Shown here piece after piece: positions 1 through 39,800 of a DNA stretch of 64,000 nt; positions within the stretch are counted from its first letter, which is position 1, and each line of letters opens with the position of its first letter. Where the stretch lies: NCBI GenBank assembly GCA_965112155.1, contig OZ218105.1. The stretch is one strand, 5' to 3'. This DNA is from Podarcis liolepis (Eukaryota). Below the pieces are notes generated by a model, which was not told the origin of the DNA, ran no database searches, and saw only the letters and a list, made by a program, of their open reading frames with translations. The position numbers and the translations under genes are program-made.

Positions 1-151
1 CATACATATGTGACCTGCAGCAGCCTGTTGCATTGGGGCTAACCAGTTGTGCCCTTTTCCAGAAAGCTCCCTTCTATTCCCTACCATCCATCGTTTTTCA
101 TTTCCTCCCCTTTAACATCCTATGGCCACTGAACATGCTTAACCCTCTTTA

Positions 152-153
<2 letters not shown>

Positions 154-191
<38 letters not shown>
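154..191. repeat. (GT)n microsatellite
   Basis: direct reading. Confidence 0.95.
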
Positions 192-196
<5 letters not shown>

Positions 197-1129
197 CTTA
201 GAAAAACCACTCCAACATATTTTTGTACTTCTTCAAACCTAGGGGTTCCCCAAGCCACGGCATGTACCCTACTATTGTGTGGATGATGCCCACTCAGCGA
301 ATTAGTCCGCTGTCAGTACATCCATAACCTAACCTATAATATCTAGTGAAGAACTTTCAAATCATAATCATCAAATAAAGAGCATGAGGCCATGCAGCAA
401 CATTTCAGACCTGTGTAAGAATCGTGCCCTTGGAAGTAATAGAGTCTGTGTAGCCACAAATGCCTAGAGGGCTGTCCTTTTAATTCTTACTTGGCAAGCT
501 AAATCCGATATTTGAGATTTTCAGATGCCTTATATACACACTGTTAAAATTTATTTGTTTAGGTGGTTTTCTGTATTGCTTTATGCCCCAAAGAAGTCTG
601 AATGTGGTTTACAGTATTATAAAACATGCCAAAAAAAATACAACGACAAAAATTCCACATTTTGAAGCAGCATGGAACAATCAGATAAGATGCTCTTAAA
701 ACATAAAGATATACTAAAACAATAATAATATAATAATAATAATAATCATTAATAATAACTGCCAGCAGACTTAAAGAAAGAAAGCAGATACTACTATCCC
801 TGCCCGTCCAATATGCAAGCCTGCCTTTTGTAAGTAGCAGTAGCAATCTCACTTCTGCTGTTGTTTTATATCCAGTTTAAACTCACAATAAAAGGTGGGG
901 CAAAATTACACACTTCCCATCCCTGGTGCTCACTTGCATTTCCTAGGGAGCACTTACAGTCATTCTTCCCCCTGATAGTATCCTCAAAAACAACAGCAAT
1001 CAAAGGTAGTGGAGGTGCTATAGCCCTTGGTGGAACCCAAAAGAGTTGACTGCATATTAATAAATATACAGCTTGTAGGTAAAGGTGCCTTGAGTTGCTT
1101 GCAGTGAGAGCATTTAATAAACAATAGTA

Positions 1130-1275
1130 ATAAGTATCACCTAGAAATGTGTTGGTATACAGTTTTTCGCATGTGAGCTTGCACATACAGGTTCTACCCA
1201 TGAAAGCTTATACCATAATAAGTCTATTAGTCTAGAATACTTTTTTTTTGTATTTGCTCTTTGCGGCTGTACACA
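1130..1275 (+). mobile_element. Very degenerate PLE 3'-end relic
   Basis: cccatgaaagcttataccataataagtctattagtct resembles the GAAAGCTTAT..AATAAA..TTAGTCT PLE tail. Confidence 0.4.
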
Positions 1276-1662
1276 GGTTTTTTTTTATGATAATAGGCTA
1301 CCACACTTTCCCCTCTAAATCTCTTACATGATCACTAACAATAGATTATCACTGCCAGATGGTGTAATTTGTGTTTTGTTTCCTGACAGATTAATCATAA
1401 TATTTCAAGATCTGGTTGCTGGCGGAGGAAAGTTTTTATATTTGAGCAGGATGGACATTTGGCAACAGACTGCTTAAAAGAAACAACACCCAGTGTTCAG
1501 CGCGAAGTAGTCAGCTGCTGAAACCCCATGAAACCCCTGATCTAGCTGCTTCCTTAATACTTCATGTGCCAATGTGTGGCAATTAGAGGATGACTTGCCA
1601 ATTGCTGTGTCAGTTCAACATAGCAATGTTTTGAATTAGGATGTGGATCCATGCATCTATAA

Positions 1663-1800
1663 CAGGCATCCCCAACCTGCAGCCCGCCAGACATTTAGGC
1701 CTACAACTCCCATGATCCCTAGCTAACAGGACCAGTGGTCAGGGATGATGGGAACTGTAGTCTCAAAACATCTGAAGGGCCGAAGGTTTGGGGATGCCTG
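1663..1800. mobile_element. hAT (Charlie-like) MITE
   Basis: TIR caggcatcccca/tggggatgcctg, 8-bp TSD atctataa/atctatca, internal ctacaactcccatgatccc hairpin. Confidence 0.85.
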
Positions 1801-3910
1801 ATCTATCATCTCAAATCCTTGTGAAAGTTGCGCTCCAGTCCAATGGACAGATTTGTTTTTTTACTGTTCCTTTCATGGTATGGAAACAGTGGGTGGAAGA
1901 CAAGTTTGCTATGTTTTACCTCTCTACTATCAGGGTCATCATGCTTTTGAATACTGCCTAGTTTGCAAACTTCCCACAAGCATCTGGTTGGCCACTGTGA
2001 GAACAGGATACTGGACTAAATGGGCCATTGGCCTGATAACAGCAGGTTCTTGTGTCCTTGAATGTTCATTCAGCTAATGATAGAGAGAGTCAGAACTTCT
2101 TGGAGGCCCACGTACTGCTCCAGGTAGCCTTATCTCAGTCTACCCTAAAGGGTTTATTGCTTTGGATGATTAGTAGTTTAACTGGAAAAGCAAATTTTAA
2201 AATGACCTGGAAATTCTGCAAGTGCAGTGAATAGTATCCTGAAAAACATACTTTGTTAAGAGATTTGCTTTATTAAATCCATCAAATGGAGTTCTTCGTT
2301 TTGTATATTTATGTAACTGATAATGTTATGCAGTCATTGTTTTCCTTATGCTTATGGTTTGAATGAAAAACGATTGTGCTCAGATAAACTTGTACTGGTC
2401 CGTGCTGCTGCTTTGCTTCCTGTTTAGAAATCTCAACGGCTTATTCTTTCACGTTGAGTGTTGCAGCTGTAGTGCCACTTGTTCCTTAAAAGGCAAAGCA
2501 CAATGTGAGTGTGTGTGCATGCGTTCACCAGCCTTGTAAACAGGCCCACAAAACTTAATAGGGTCACATCTATATCACACATTTAAAGTACATGGCTTCC
2601 ACCGTTTTCCTGAAAATATATATATTGGGAACCATAATTTACCCCTCACAGAACTACAGTTCCCAACACCCAGCACTATAGTTAGTTCCCTGGATTCTTT
2701 GAGGGAAGCTCTGTCCTTTATATATATGGCATGGATATTTCCTGCTTGCTGGGGTCTGGCAGAAGAGAGATGGAGAGCTCCATCCCTCCTCCAGCAGCCT
2801 GCTACATTTCCCTGCTGGGTGCAGAGGAGGGACAAAGTGTTTTGTCCCTTCTTTGCGTATCCATTCACTTGGGCTGCATGAGTTTCCTTATTGCCTATGG
2901 CTATTGGGTATGTGTGTTAAATACAAGGCTGGTGTACATGCACACTTCATCATCCATACCTAATGCCATGAACAGAAGTTCAGAAATCTATTGTCAAGAC
3001 ATATGACAAGAAATTGGTAGTATAGAAAGTAAAATTTTCATCATAATCTGCTTTTTAAATAAATAATGTGGCTGAACTAAATCAAGGGAGTTCATCATAT
3101 CTGTTTTACCTTTCTGATGCACTTCATCTTCCATAGTATTTTCACCTGGTTCTATAACTCATGTCTTTAAGAAGCCAGAACTGGAATGCAATCTTGAAAA
3201 TGGCCCTAAGTGCAGGTACCATATATTGGCTCATACTAAACAGCTTTAAAAAGAGAGAATTGGATTTGTCCAATTTTCAGATCTGAAATAATACTTCGTG
3301 TTAAATTAGGCCTTAGAAAGGAAGGAGACTTGATGGATGAAGATAATTTCATAATTCACTGAAGCTTTAGAGTCTGCATATTGATTAAACATTTAAATTA
3401 AAGCCAAGAGCCCAATCCACAGCCTAGCTTTTATTGAAGTGTACCTCGTTTAATTGAGTTTACCTGCAGGCTAAGTAGCACGGTTGGAAATTGGTTCCAC
3501 TAAAATCCATGCATGTTTTCCATTGGTGTATATCTTGCTTTTAGTTGAAGTAGTTTGGTACAGCTTGGACTTTTGAAACTCAATATGATCAGCATGGGGA
3601 GGAGAGGGAGTTGGGAGGAGGTCTGGTGTTAGACCAGACTTGGCCAACATTTGCTTACTTCCTTACCTTTCACCTTTCTGATTCTACAAGCCTTAAGACT
3701 AATTCATGTAATCTCATCTATCACATGTTTACTGCCACTTTCGTAATAGTTCTGTTATTTGAAATTGGTGTTAATGGGCCTGTCATTATAATTCATCTTC
3801 TTGCAACGGAATGATATGTCTGTTGATGGAAGCAAATTTAATGAACGATGATCACCGGGTGGCAAGATGATAATTCAACTGGTAGTAAGACTTGGTCATT
3901 TTAGTGTTTT

Positions 3911-4030
3911 AGGAACATAGTGCTGAATAATTCCTCAAGTAATTTGATAGGGTGTTTGTTCCCAAGAATCTCAAGAGAGGATAAGCATCTCACCACACAG
4001 ATAAATGGAGGAACCACTTAGGGATTCTCT
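3911..4030 (+). repeat. 120-bp direct duplication, copy 1 (NSMAF intron 1)
   Basis: 118/120 identical to 6928-7047. Confidence 0.95.
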
Positions 4031-4290
4031 GCAAGCTACTCTTCGTTACCATGCAATGATTTATTCAGTACCTTGCATTATTATTGTCTATTCATCTTGT
4101 GATTAGAAGTGAGAGAAGCTTCAGTCATATTATAAACCCATGTTGTTCAATTTCTGCTTTCTCTTGCTCAAATTATCCAAAGCTGAGCTTTGCAGTGTTT
4201 ATGGGACACCATCTGACCTCTGAGAAGAAGGACAAGAGCAAAGGATTCAGACAATTCTAACAGCTCTGCAGCATCTCCTGAGTCAGATGG

Positions 4291-4294
<4 letters not shown>

Positions 4295-4340
<46 letters not shown>
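4295..4340. repeat. (GA)n microsatellite
   Basis: direct reading. Confidence 0.95.
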
Positions 4341-4342
<2 letters not shown>

Positions 4343-5019
4343 TGTCTGCTCCCAATTTCTTCATATAGATCTTGAATAGCATAGGAGACAGAATGGGCCT
4401 TTGCAGGGGCTTGGACTAGATGACCTTTGGGGTCTCTTCCAACTCTGCAGTTCTATGATTCTGGATCCAGAGAAGACCTCTTCAAAGGAAGATGCACCTC
4501 TGCCTCTTTCAAGGCAGTGGGAATTACTTCCCTCACATGACTGCATTAGTTATACCCTGTGCCCATCCAGTCAAGCCCTTTGTACTAGATATTACCAGCC
4601 ATAATGGGAAGGGATCAAAAGGACAATAGACTTTCCCCACCTATGAAGATCATAGATAGTGGTTAACTACAAGCTTTTCTTTTTTTACAGACTTGCCTGG
4701 CTTAATTTTGTATATGTGACTGAAGGATGGCTCTTCTCCTGTTTTTGGGGAGCTGCTCTGTTCTCTAGATTAGACTTTGCCAATCTGGTGGCCTCCAGAT
4801 GTTTAAAACTGTAACTCCCACCAGCTCCTTCTGAAATGTGGTAGCTGGCTGGGGCTGATGGCAATTATGGCAAAAAGATATCAGGAGAGCGCAAGGGCTG
4901 CTAATGGTGATTTGAGGGTCTGAAGTATATTTCGTCAAGTCTTTGTGAGTGGCCAGAGGTTGGCATCCCCCATTAGCAGAGGACTTCACAGTTATGGAGT
5001 CCATTGCCCCAGGGGTAAC

Positions 5020-5021
<2 letters not shown>

Positions 5022-5059
<38 letters not shown>
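5022..5059. repeat. (TG)n microsatellite
   Basis: direct reading. Confidence 0.95.
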
Positions 5060-5061
<2 letters not shown>

Positions 5062-5292
5062 CAAATGCATACGAAACAGATATGCCATTAAAATATAGAT
5101 TAGCTCTTTCTCTAAAAACATTTTTCTTCATGTTTGCATGAAAGCTGTGGACAAAGTAAATATTTTCTGAATAATTGGGGTGGGGAACCTGTGCAAAATG
5201 GCCAGTGGCGAGGGATCTTAGAAACTGTAGTTCAACAACACCTGGAAGGTCACAGGTTCCTCACTCCTTTAGTAAAGCGTAAAGTGCTGTGA

Positions 5293-32930
<27,638 letters not shown>

Positions 32931-33141
32931 GAAGTGCCTTCTCACTCAAACACATATGGATATTTTAAAGTGAACTTTTTAAAGGACTTTCTTCGCAAGT
33001 AGCAATGCCTGCTGAAGTTCAAAGAGCTGAGATTGGGTCTAGCTCCACTGTTTAGTTGAAAACTGCAAATATTACAATGCTGAACTACAGTATGCACTTG
33101 TATTTCCTTATGAATGTTATTATTGCCTGTAATGCTTGTCA

Positions 33142-33147
33142 AATAAA
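33142..33147 (+). terminator. Candidate NSMAF polyadenylation signal AATAAA (second candidate 33693-33698)
   Basis: AATAAA 212 nt after the stop, followed by U-rich sequence. Confidence 0.55.
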
Positions 33148-33905
33148 GACTTATTTTTCAGTAACCAAAGCGGTTCTAACTTGCAACCAACTCTATGATT
33201 GATAATCTACTTAACATTATTTGTCTATATTTTTCCACAAAATGGAGATAAACCTCAGGCCTTAGCCAAAATACAAGTGTATCCTATCTCTTTACTTGTA
33301 TCCTTGCTGCTACATACAGCATGAACCACTGCCATTTCAGATGCTGGACTACAACTATCATTCCTGGCCTTTGACCATGTAGATGTGGACTGCTGGCTGG
33401 TCCAACGGCATCTGCAAGCCCTGCTCTAATGCTCCTTTTAAAGCATCGGGATTCAGTTATGTAGAGAAGTACTTTTTAATAGGAACATAGCAGCATTCTT
33501 ACCTGTAAAAATGGGGGTTAAGGCCTTTGTGTTTATAGAATCCCACCTTCTAAAACTCCTCACCAGCAGACTGAAATGGCTGTGTAATAGGGACCAGCAA
33601 TGTAAACAACTTCAACCACTGTAGAAAGCTTTAAAGTCTTAAGCAGCAGCCTTCAAAGAAAATGTCAGTTGCCAAATAGCTGTACACAAACTAATAAAAT
33701 TCAGAAAGGCAAGAAATTAAGGTAACACACTCTCAAAAGTAAAATGAATTATGTTACTGTACATACTGTTCCAAGCTAGGATCCACACCTCAAGACAGCT
33801 CACCCCCCTTTCCACTACTAATTAAATTATTGGCTTGGGGAGGGGGGAAGAAATTTAGGGACCTTCATCAGTATAGTTAGAAAAGGAAAACCTTGTTTTT
33901 CAGAC

Positions 33906-33911
33906 TTTATT
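33906..33911 (-). terminator. Candidate SDCBP polyadenylation signal AATAAA
   Basis: TTTATT on +, about 585 nt downstream of the SDCBP stop. Confidence 0.5.
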
Positions 33912-34495
33912 TCCGTTTAACATGGTTAAGGCAACATAATTTAAGCACATTAGAACTTGTAAAAGAGCAGCAGTAAGACAAAACCTAAATGCTCACCTGT
34001 GCTATTTAAAATGTCTATGGAATGATAACGTTATGCTCAGTTTAACTGGCATGCTTTGTAAACACTAAAATCAGCAGTTAACAAGCACTACAAGTCATAA
34101 ATGTAAATATCCTTCCTAGCAGAAGGTAGTAGAAAAACTAATTTGTCTGAAAAAGTACAAAGGGCAGCAATGTGCTTGGATCACAGATAGCAAAAGACAC
34201 AAGATACATTAGTTTTCATTCCAATGGCTTATATAAAGTGTTGAATTAAACAGTATAACTCTATGAAAAAGAGTTATACTGGTTTTTGTGAGACAAGTAT
34301 AAGGCTACAAAATTCATAGTTTGAGCAAGGTAATATGTTGGATTGTGACATTCCCAGCCATAATAATGTAAATACTCAAGGCAGTATATCTGCTTTGGGC
34401 TTAAAGAAAGGCTCATGTGCAGAACATAAAAGTTGCAGACTAAGTAGCCCATGTTTAGCGTGGTTCTCATTACAGATGCACCCAAAAACAGATTT

Positions 34496-34550
34496 CTAGA
34501 CTTCAGGGATGGTGTGATCCATCAGGTTTTTCATAATGCTTGAAGCCATC
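34496..34550 (-). CDS. SDCBP: SDCBP exon 9 coding part (TAG stop)
   Basis: [17 protein letters not shown]. Confidence 0.96.
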
Positions 34551-36815
34551 CTGAAAATAATAATGAATCTTTAACAATGTGTAAAAAGCAGATTAATTCC
34601 AAAGCTGCAAAAATATCACAGCAAGGAGTGCAACATTTGAGTCATTTGTTACAAGGCACAAGACCATATGCTGTAAACTCAAAAGCTGAGGGCAAGTTTA
34701 CTGCAGCAGCTTCTCAACCCATTTCTGGGCAGCAAAAGAAAAAATTAAGTTCTACATTCCTTCACTCCTACAATTACTTTTAGTGCCAATAACACTTTAA
34801 AATCAATAATGGTATGAAGCATTGATAAGCTTCATTCTAAGCTGAAATTTGCCTTTTCGTTTTGAAATTTCAGGAAGCAGCTTGACAAGAATAGTTAAAA
34901 GATTTTCAGACTCTCTGCCATTGTTAGCCACATTTGTATAAGAGTTTAACACCACATGCATATTACATTTGTTGATATTTATTCTGAAGATCCTACAATC
35001 AAAGCATGCCTATTCTTTTAAGAGATTGTTAGTCTATTTAAATGGAGAAGTATTTTACACGTACCTCTTGATTATGTGTTCAAAAATTTGAGAAGGCATG
35101 ATAGTGATGGTCACCACGTTTCCAGCTGATATGAGTATGTCTGCAATTTGGGCATCCTATGAAGCAAGATAGAAAGTCATGAATTCTGACTTGAAACTTG
35201 GCACTTACGGATGTTATTGTGGATGTAGCTTCCACAATAGTTAATTGTTATTAGCTGTCTTAAGCACTATTGAGGTGATAAATTCTATACACATATACAG
35301 GTAGAGCTGGTCTGGGGAATGTATGACTCTCTTGATGTTGCTAAACTACAACTCCCAATACCCCTGACCACTAGCTATACCATCTGGGGCTGATGGGAGT
35401 CCTACATCATCTGGAGGGCCATAGGTTCCCCATTCCCTGAGGTAGTATAGTGTAAAACAGCCCCTTTCATAAAAAGATGGACTATATTCTGAAATGTAGT
35501 TTGCTAAATTAAAAGTCTAAGCTCTCACTTAATCACCTATAGCAGAACCACAGCTTATCCCACTGCTGCCATCATTGCCTTCATACTACATGCTACTGGT
35601 TCTTCCAAGCAGCAGAACAACTAATAAGACAAAAAGTATGTGTTAATGTCATTAACAGGGAAGTGAATGTATAATTCTGTTTAATTTCCTTTCACTAGCC
35701 TGAGGAACCAGCAACCTTTTTGAAAGACGAGAGCCTGATCTATGCAGATCTAGCAGCAAGAATACTTTGTAGGGCAAAAGGATCAGGATGTTTTAGCTGC
35801 TGTTGAATCTCTCTTCCCCAGAGAACCATGGAAGGTGGTTGAAGGTGCAATGACCCCTGACACACACTCCCAGGAACCACAGGATTGCAGGTCCTGTTTT
35901 CTATCAATCAAATAAATTTATATGGATAAGCTTTTGCATGTGTCTTCTGCCCATTTAGAACAATATCACTTCCACTTTTCAAAATGCATTACTTGCTGAG
36001 TGCGTGTTATCTTGCATGTTACTCACCTTCAGGCCAATTACATTCTGACCATTTATTTCACAGAGGTTGTGTTCTGTCAGAAGTCCATTTCTAGCAGCAG
36101 AACTGTCCTTTGCTATTGAAGTTATCTTTCCATTTTTGAATATAAAGCCAACATGCCCAGTACTATCCTTGTGCATGGTAATAGTTCGCTCAAAAGGCCT
36201 GTAAGAAAAACGTTCACAGTTTATTGTTTGGAGTATTTACTTAATGTCCTGCATCACTAACCTGTATCCAAAGGTATTAGGCTGTGTACACTTCCCAATT
36301 TTACGATTCTATGACACGGCAGTTTAAAGTAGATTCAATACATTCCATGTGTACATGCCTTTTGTGTCATCCATGTGACACTCTCATCATCCAAGCAACA
36401 ATCCAATCTGGATTCTCCCTATCTGTAGTTAATATACACAGTGGTAACTTGGCTCTCTGAAGACAGGAGTGCCTGGCGTGCTCTGGTCCATGGGGTCACA
36501 AACAGTCGGACACGACTAAACTACTAAACAACAACAACTTGGTTCTCGAATGGCTTAGTTCTCGGACAAATCGGCTCCCAAACGCCGCAAACAGGGGAGT
36601 AAGTGTTCCGGTTTGCGAACATTTTTCAGAAGCTGAATGTCTGACGCGGCTTCCACTTGAATGCAGGAATCGGAAGTCGCACCTTGGTTTGCGAATGGTT
36701 TCAGGAGTTGAATGGACTCCTGGAACGGATTAAGTTCGAGAACCAAGGTACCACTGTAATCCAATGTATAATCCAGACATACTGAAGCACATTGGGCAGT
36801 TGGGCTTTTTTGTGT

Positions 36816-36853
<38 letters not shown>

Positions 36854-39800
36854 TCTGCTGGGTGCTATCTATCGCCACATGTCCTACTTCTGTTAGCAAG
36901 GCACTACTTGGTAGGCTGCTGGCAGAGCCAGGTATGACCCATGACTTTTTAAAAAAACAATAGTTTTATCAGGTGTTTTGTGCATGTCTGGTATTTTGGA
37001 AATAAAATTGGCCGAATGCACAGGGAACCAAATATCTGAACACATGCCCACAATGGACTTGAATTTTCTGGAATTCAGGGAGGGAGGGTAAATATTAATT
37101 TCGGGGAGGAGACAACACATAGTGCAAATCCCATCAAGCACCAGTCACTTGTGTGGACTGGAAAGCACTTGGGCAGATGAATGTGTACATGGAAAAATCA
37201 GATATGTGTGACCTATGGGCATATTAACACACCTTTGTGTGCACAACCTTAGGCCCTGACCTTAAGCTAGTCACACTAGGAAACTGAGGTTGGGGGGGGG
37301 GCAACACATTCAACTAGGCACTCCTTAACAACTATGAAACTCCAAAGATGTCTAAGAAGGTGTGTAACATTTCTGGAGGGTTTACCTGTCACGGATGATC
37401 ATTGAAATTCTCTCTCCAGGGGCCTGCTTCAGAATTTTGTGGGCTTTATCAGAGCTCCAACCTGCACAGTTTTCGCTGTTAATTTGCAGAACCTGGTCCC
37501 CAAACCGCAGGCCAACTAGTGATGATGGAGAGTTGGCCTGAACCAACTGGACAAAAATACCCTAAACACAAAGATATGTCCACATATGAAAGTAAATTAA
37601 CATCCAGTATCTTTCCAATGCATTTAGAGAAAACATGCAAGAGCAGCACAGTGAAAAACGGAACACATGCATCACATACACATTTGGCAACAGCTACCAT
37701 TAAAAAGGGGGTGGGTGGGCAGTTGTGGTTTAAATTAACATGCACATACATTCATTTTATTCTAGAAATATAATTAATAATTAATAAACAAGATAGCAAG
37801 CCAATATTAGACTCTCTTAAGAAAGTTGAGTAAACTGCAAAGTTGACTGTCTGTGGAAGGGCTCCGTTTAAGAATGCCAATGATTTTTGGCATGCTTCCT
37901 GAGGCTGATGGGAGTTGAAGTTCAGCAACATGTTGACAGCCACATGCAGGCAGCTTTCCACACCTGCCATATACTTTCAGCACAGCATTATGAGTATGTA
38001 TTAGATTAGGAATCATTCATCTGGCAAGCTAAAATCTTATGTAGATGGTATTTGTGCATGGCTTCAGTCGATGGGGCTCATTAGGTGAATCTTACCCTGT
38101 ATGTTTTGCTTAAAATCTGTTTTCCTACATGCTCATGTTGAGAAATGATCCAAATTGATAAATATCCACACTGTATTTTGATTATTTTAAATACTTTGAT
38201 GTTTTTAAATGAAAAGTTTTTTATTATATTTTTATTTGCACATCTTACAATATTTTATATGATTAACATTTTTAACATGACCAAATAAAGAAATAAAAAT
38301 AAACAGAACATTTAGTGAAACATACAGATTCAGCCATAAAATTAACACCTGGATTAGCAATTATATAGCAACTTGACTGTGTTCAGCTCTAGATAGCTGA
38401 AATTAATGGGTCACTTTAAAAAAATAATAATTTAGAAATCAGATTTATCATACATACATTGTCCACTGATTTAAGACGAAGTCCAATTTTTCCATCCTGA
38501 TCTTTACACAGTATTACTTCACGGATTCCTTGCTTAATTTCCGCTCTGCGAACTCCAACATCATTTCCAGTTACTGGAGCCACCATGTAATTCATTGCAG
38601 AAGGGCTTGCAACAAGCTGAGAATTAGAAGACCTTAAAATAAGTAGACCTTACAAACTGGCAGAATCAAGTCTCATTTACAGTCATACCTCGGGATAAAT
38701 GTGCTTCAGGTTGAGCGTTTTCAGGTTACGCTCCGCGGTGACCCAGAAGTAAAGGAGCGCGCTACTTCCGGGTTTTGCAGCTTGCGCATGCGCAGATGCT
38801 CAAAATGACGTCAAGCGCATGTGCGGAAGTTGCGAATGGCGACCCGCGCAGCCGTGGGTTGCGTTTGCTTCAGGATGCGAACGGGGCTCCAGAACAGATC
38901 CCGTTCGCATCCAGAGGTACCACTGTATAGGCCTTTTTTTTAAATGGGACAAACCCATGACTGACTTCAGGACAACAATTTTGTGCTTTATAAAAGTTAT
39001 ATTATTTTAGAATCCTTAGGATCACAGGTATTGATGGGAGCAGAATCCAACAAACTGGGTTTCCAAGGCAGACTCATTTGATGCACACCAATCTGTAGAT
39101 TGGGGGTTTATTTCCAAGTTGTTGGATTCCTTTAGCCCTGAAGCAAACTGGGAAATAATTCATTGCAACTAAAAGCAAACAAAGTATCTCCCATCTCCCC
39201 ACTTTCCTCAAAGCTCTGGGTGATTACTCAGTCAGCTTGGTTTAGTTTCTCAGAAAAGCTTGGTAAATCTGGTGTGTGTGGTTTTTTTTTTTAAAAAAAA
39301 GGTGCAACAGTGCTTCTTGGAAGGTTTGAAGCCCCCTGCTATGACTTATATTAAGGCCACAATTTGATTCAGGACTTGAATCACCCCAATTTGTATCATC
39401 ATTTGGGGTACAGAGAGGATGCACACCCCTAATATTTCAGCTCTTGCTTTTATAATGTTCTAAATATGGAGAAGATTGAAATTTTAAAGAACCCCAAAGA
39501 AGCAGCATGCATCTTTTCTTTTCTTTTATTTCAGCAAAACACAAAACACAAGGAAACCTAAATTAGTCCTACTTATATGGTTGATACTTACCCCCTGAGA
39601 ATTTACAGCAGGCACCATTGCCATGTTTCTTTGTATCTCTTCTTCATTTAGGCTTAGACCCATATACTGGGCAAGTTCAGGATACAGTTTGGGATACAAG
39701 TCTATAGAAAGTAAACAAAAACAATGTTAAACTATTACTATTATTTAGAGCCTGTTGAGATGATTCTCAATTTCACAGGTGAGAAGTCAAGTATCAGACT

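Noticed and set aside
3911-4030. H/ACA snoRNA call for the duplicated 120-mer
   Set aside because: No H box in the hinge and no terminal ACA on the sense strand; kept only as an unexplained duplication.
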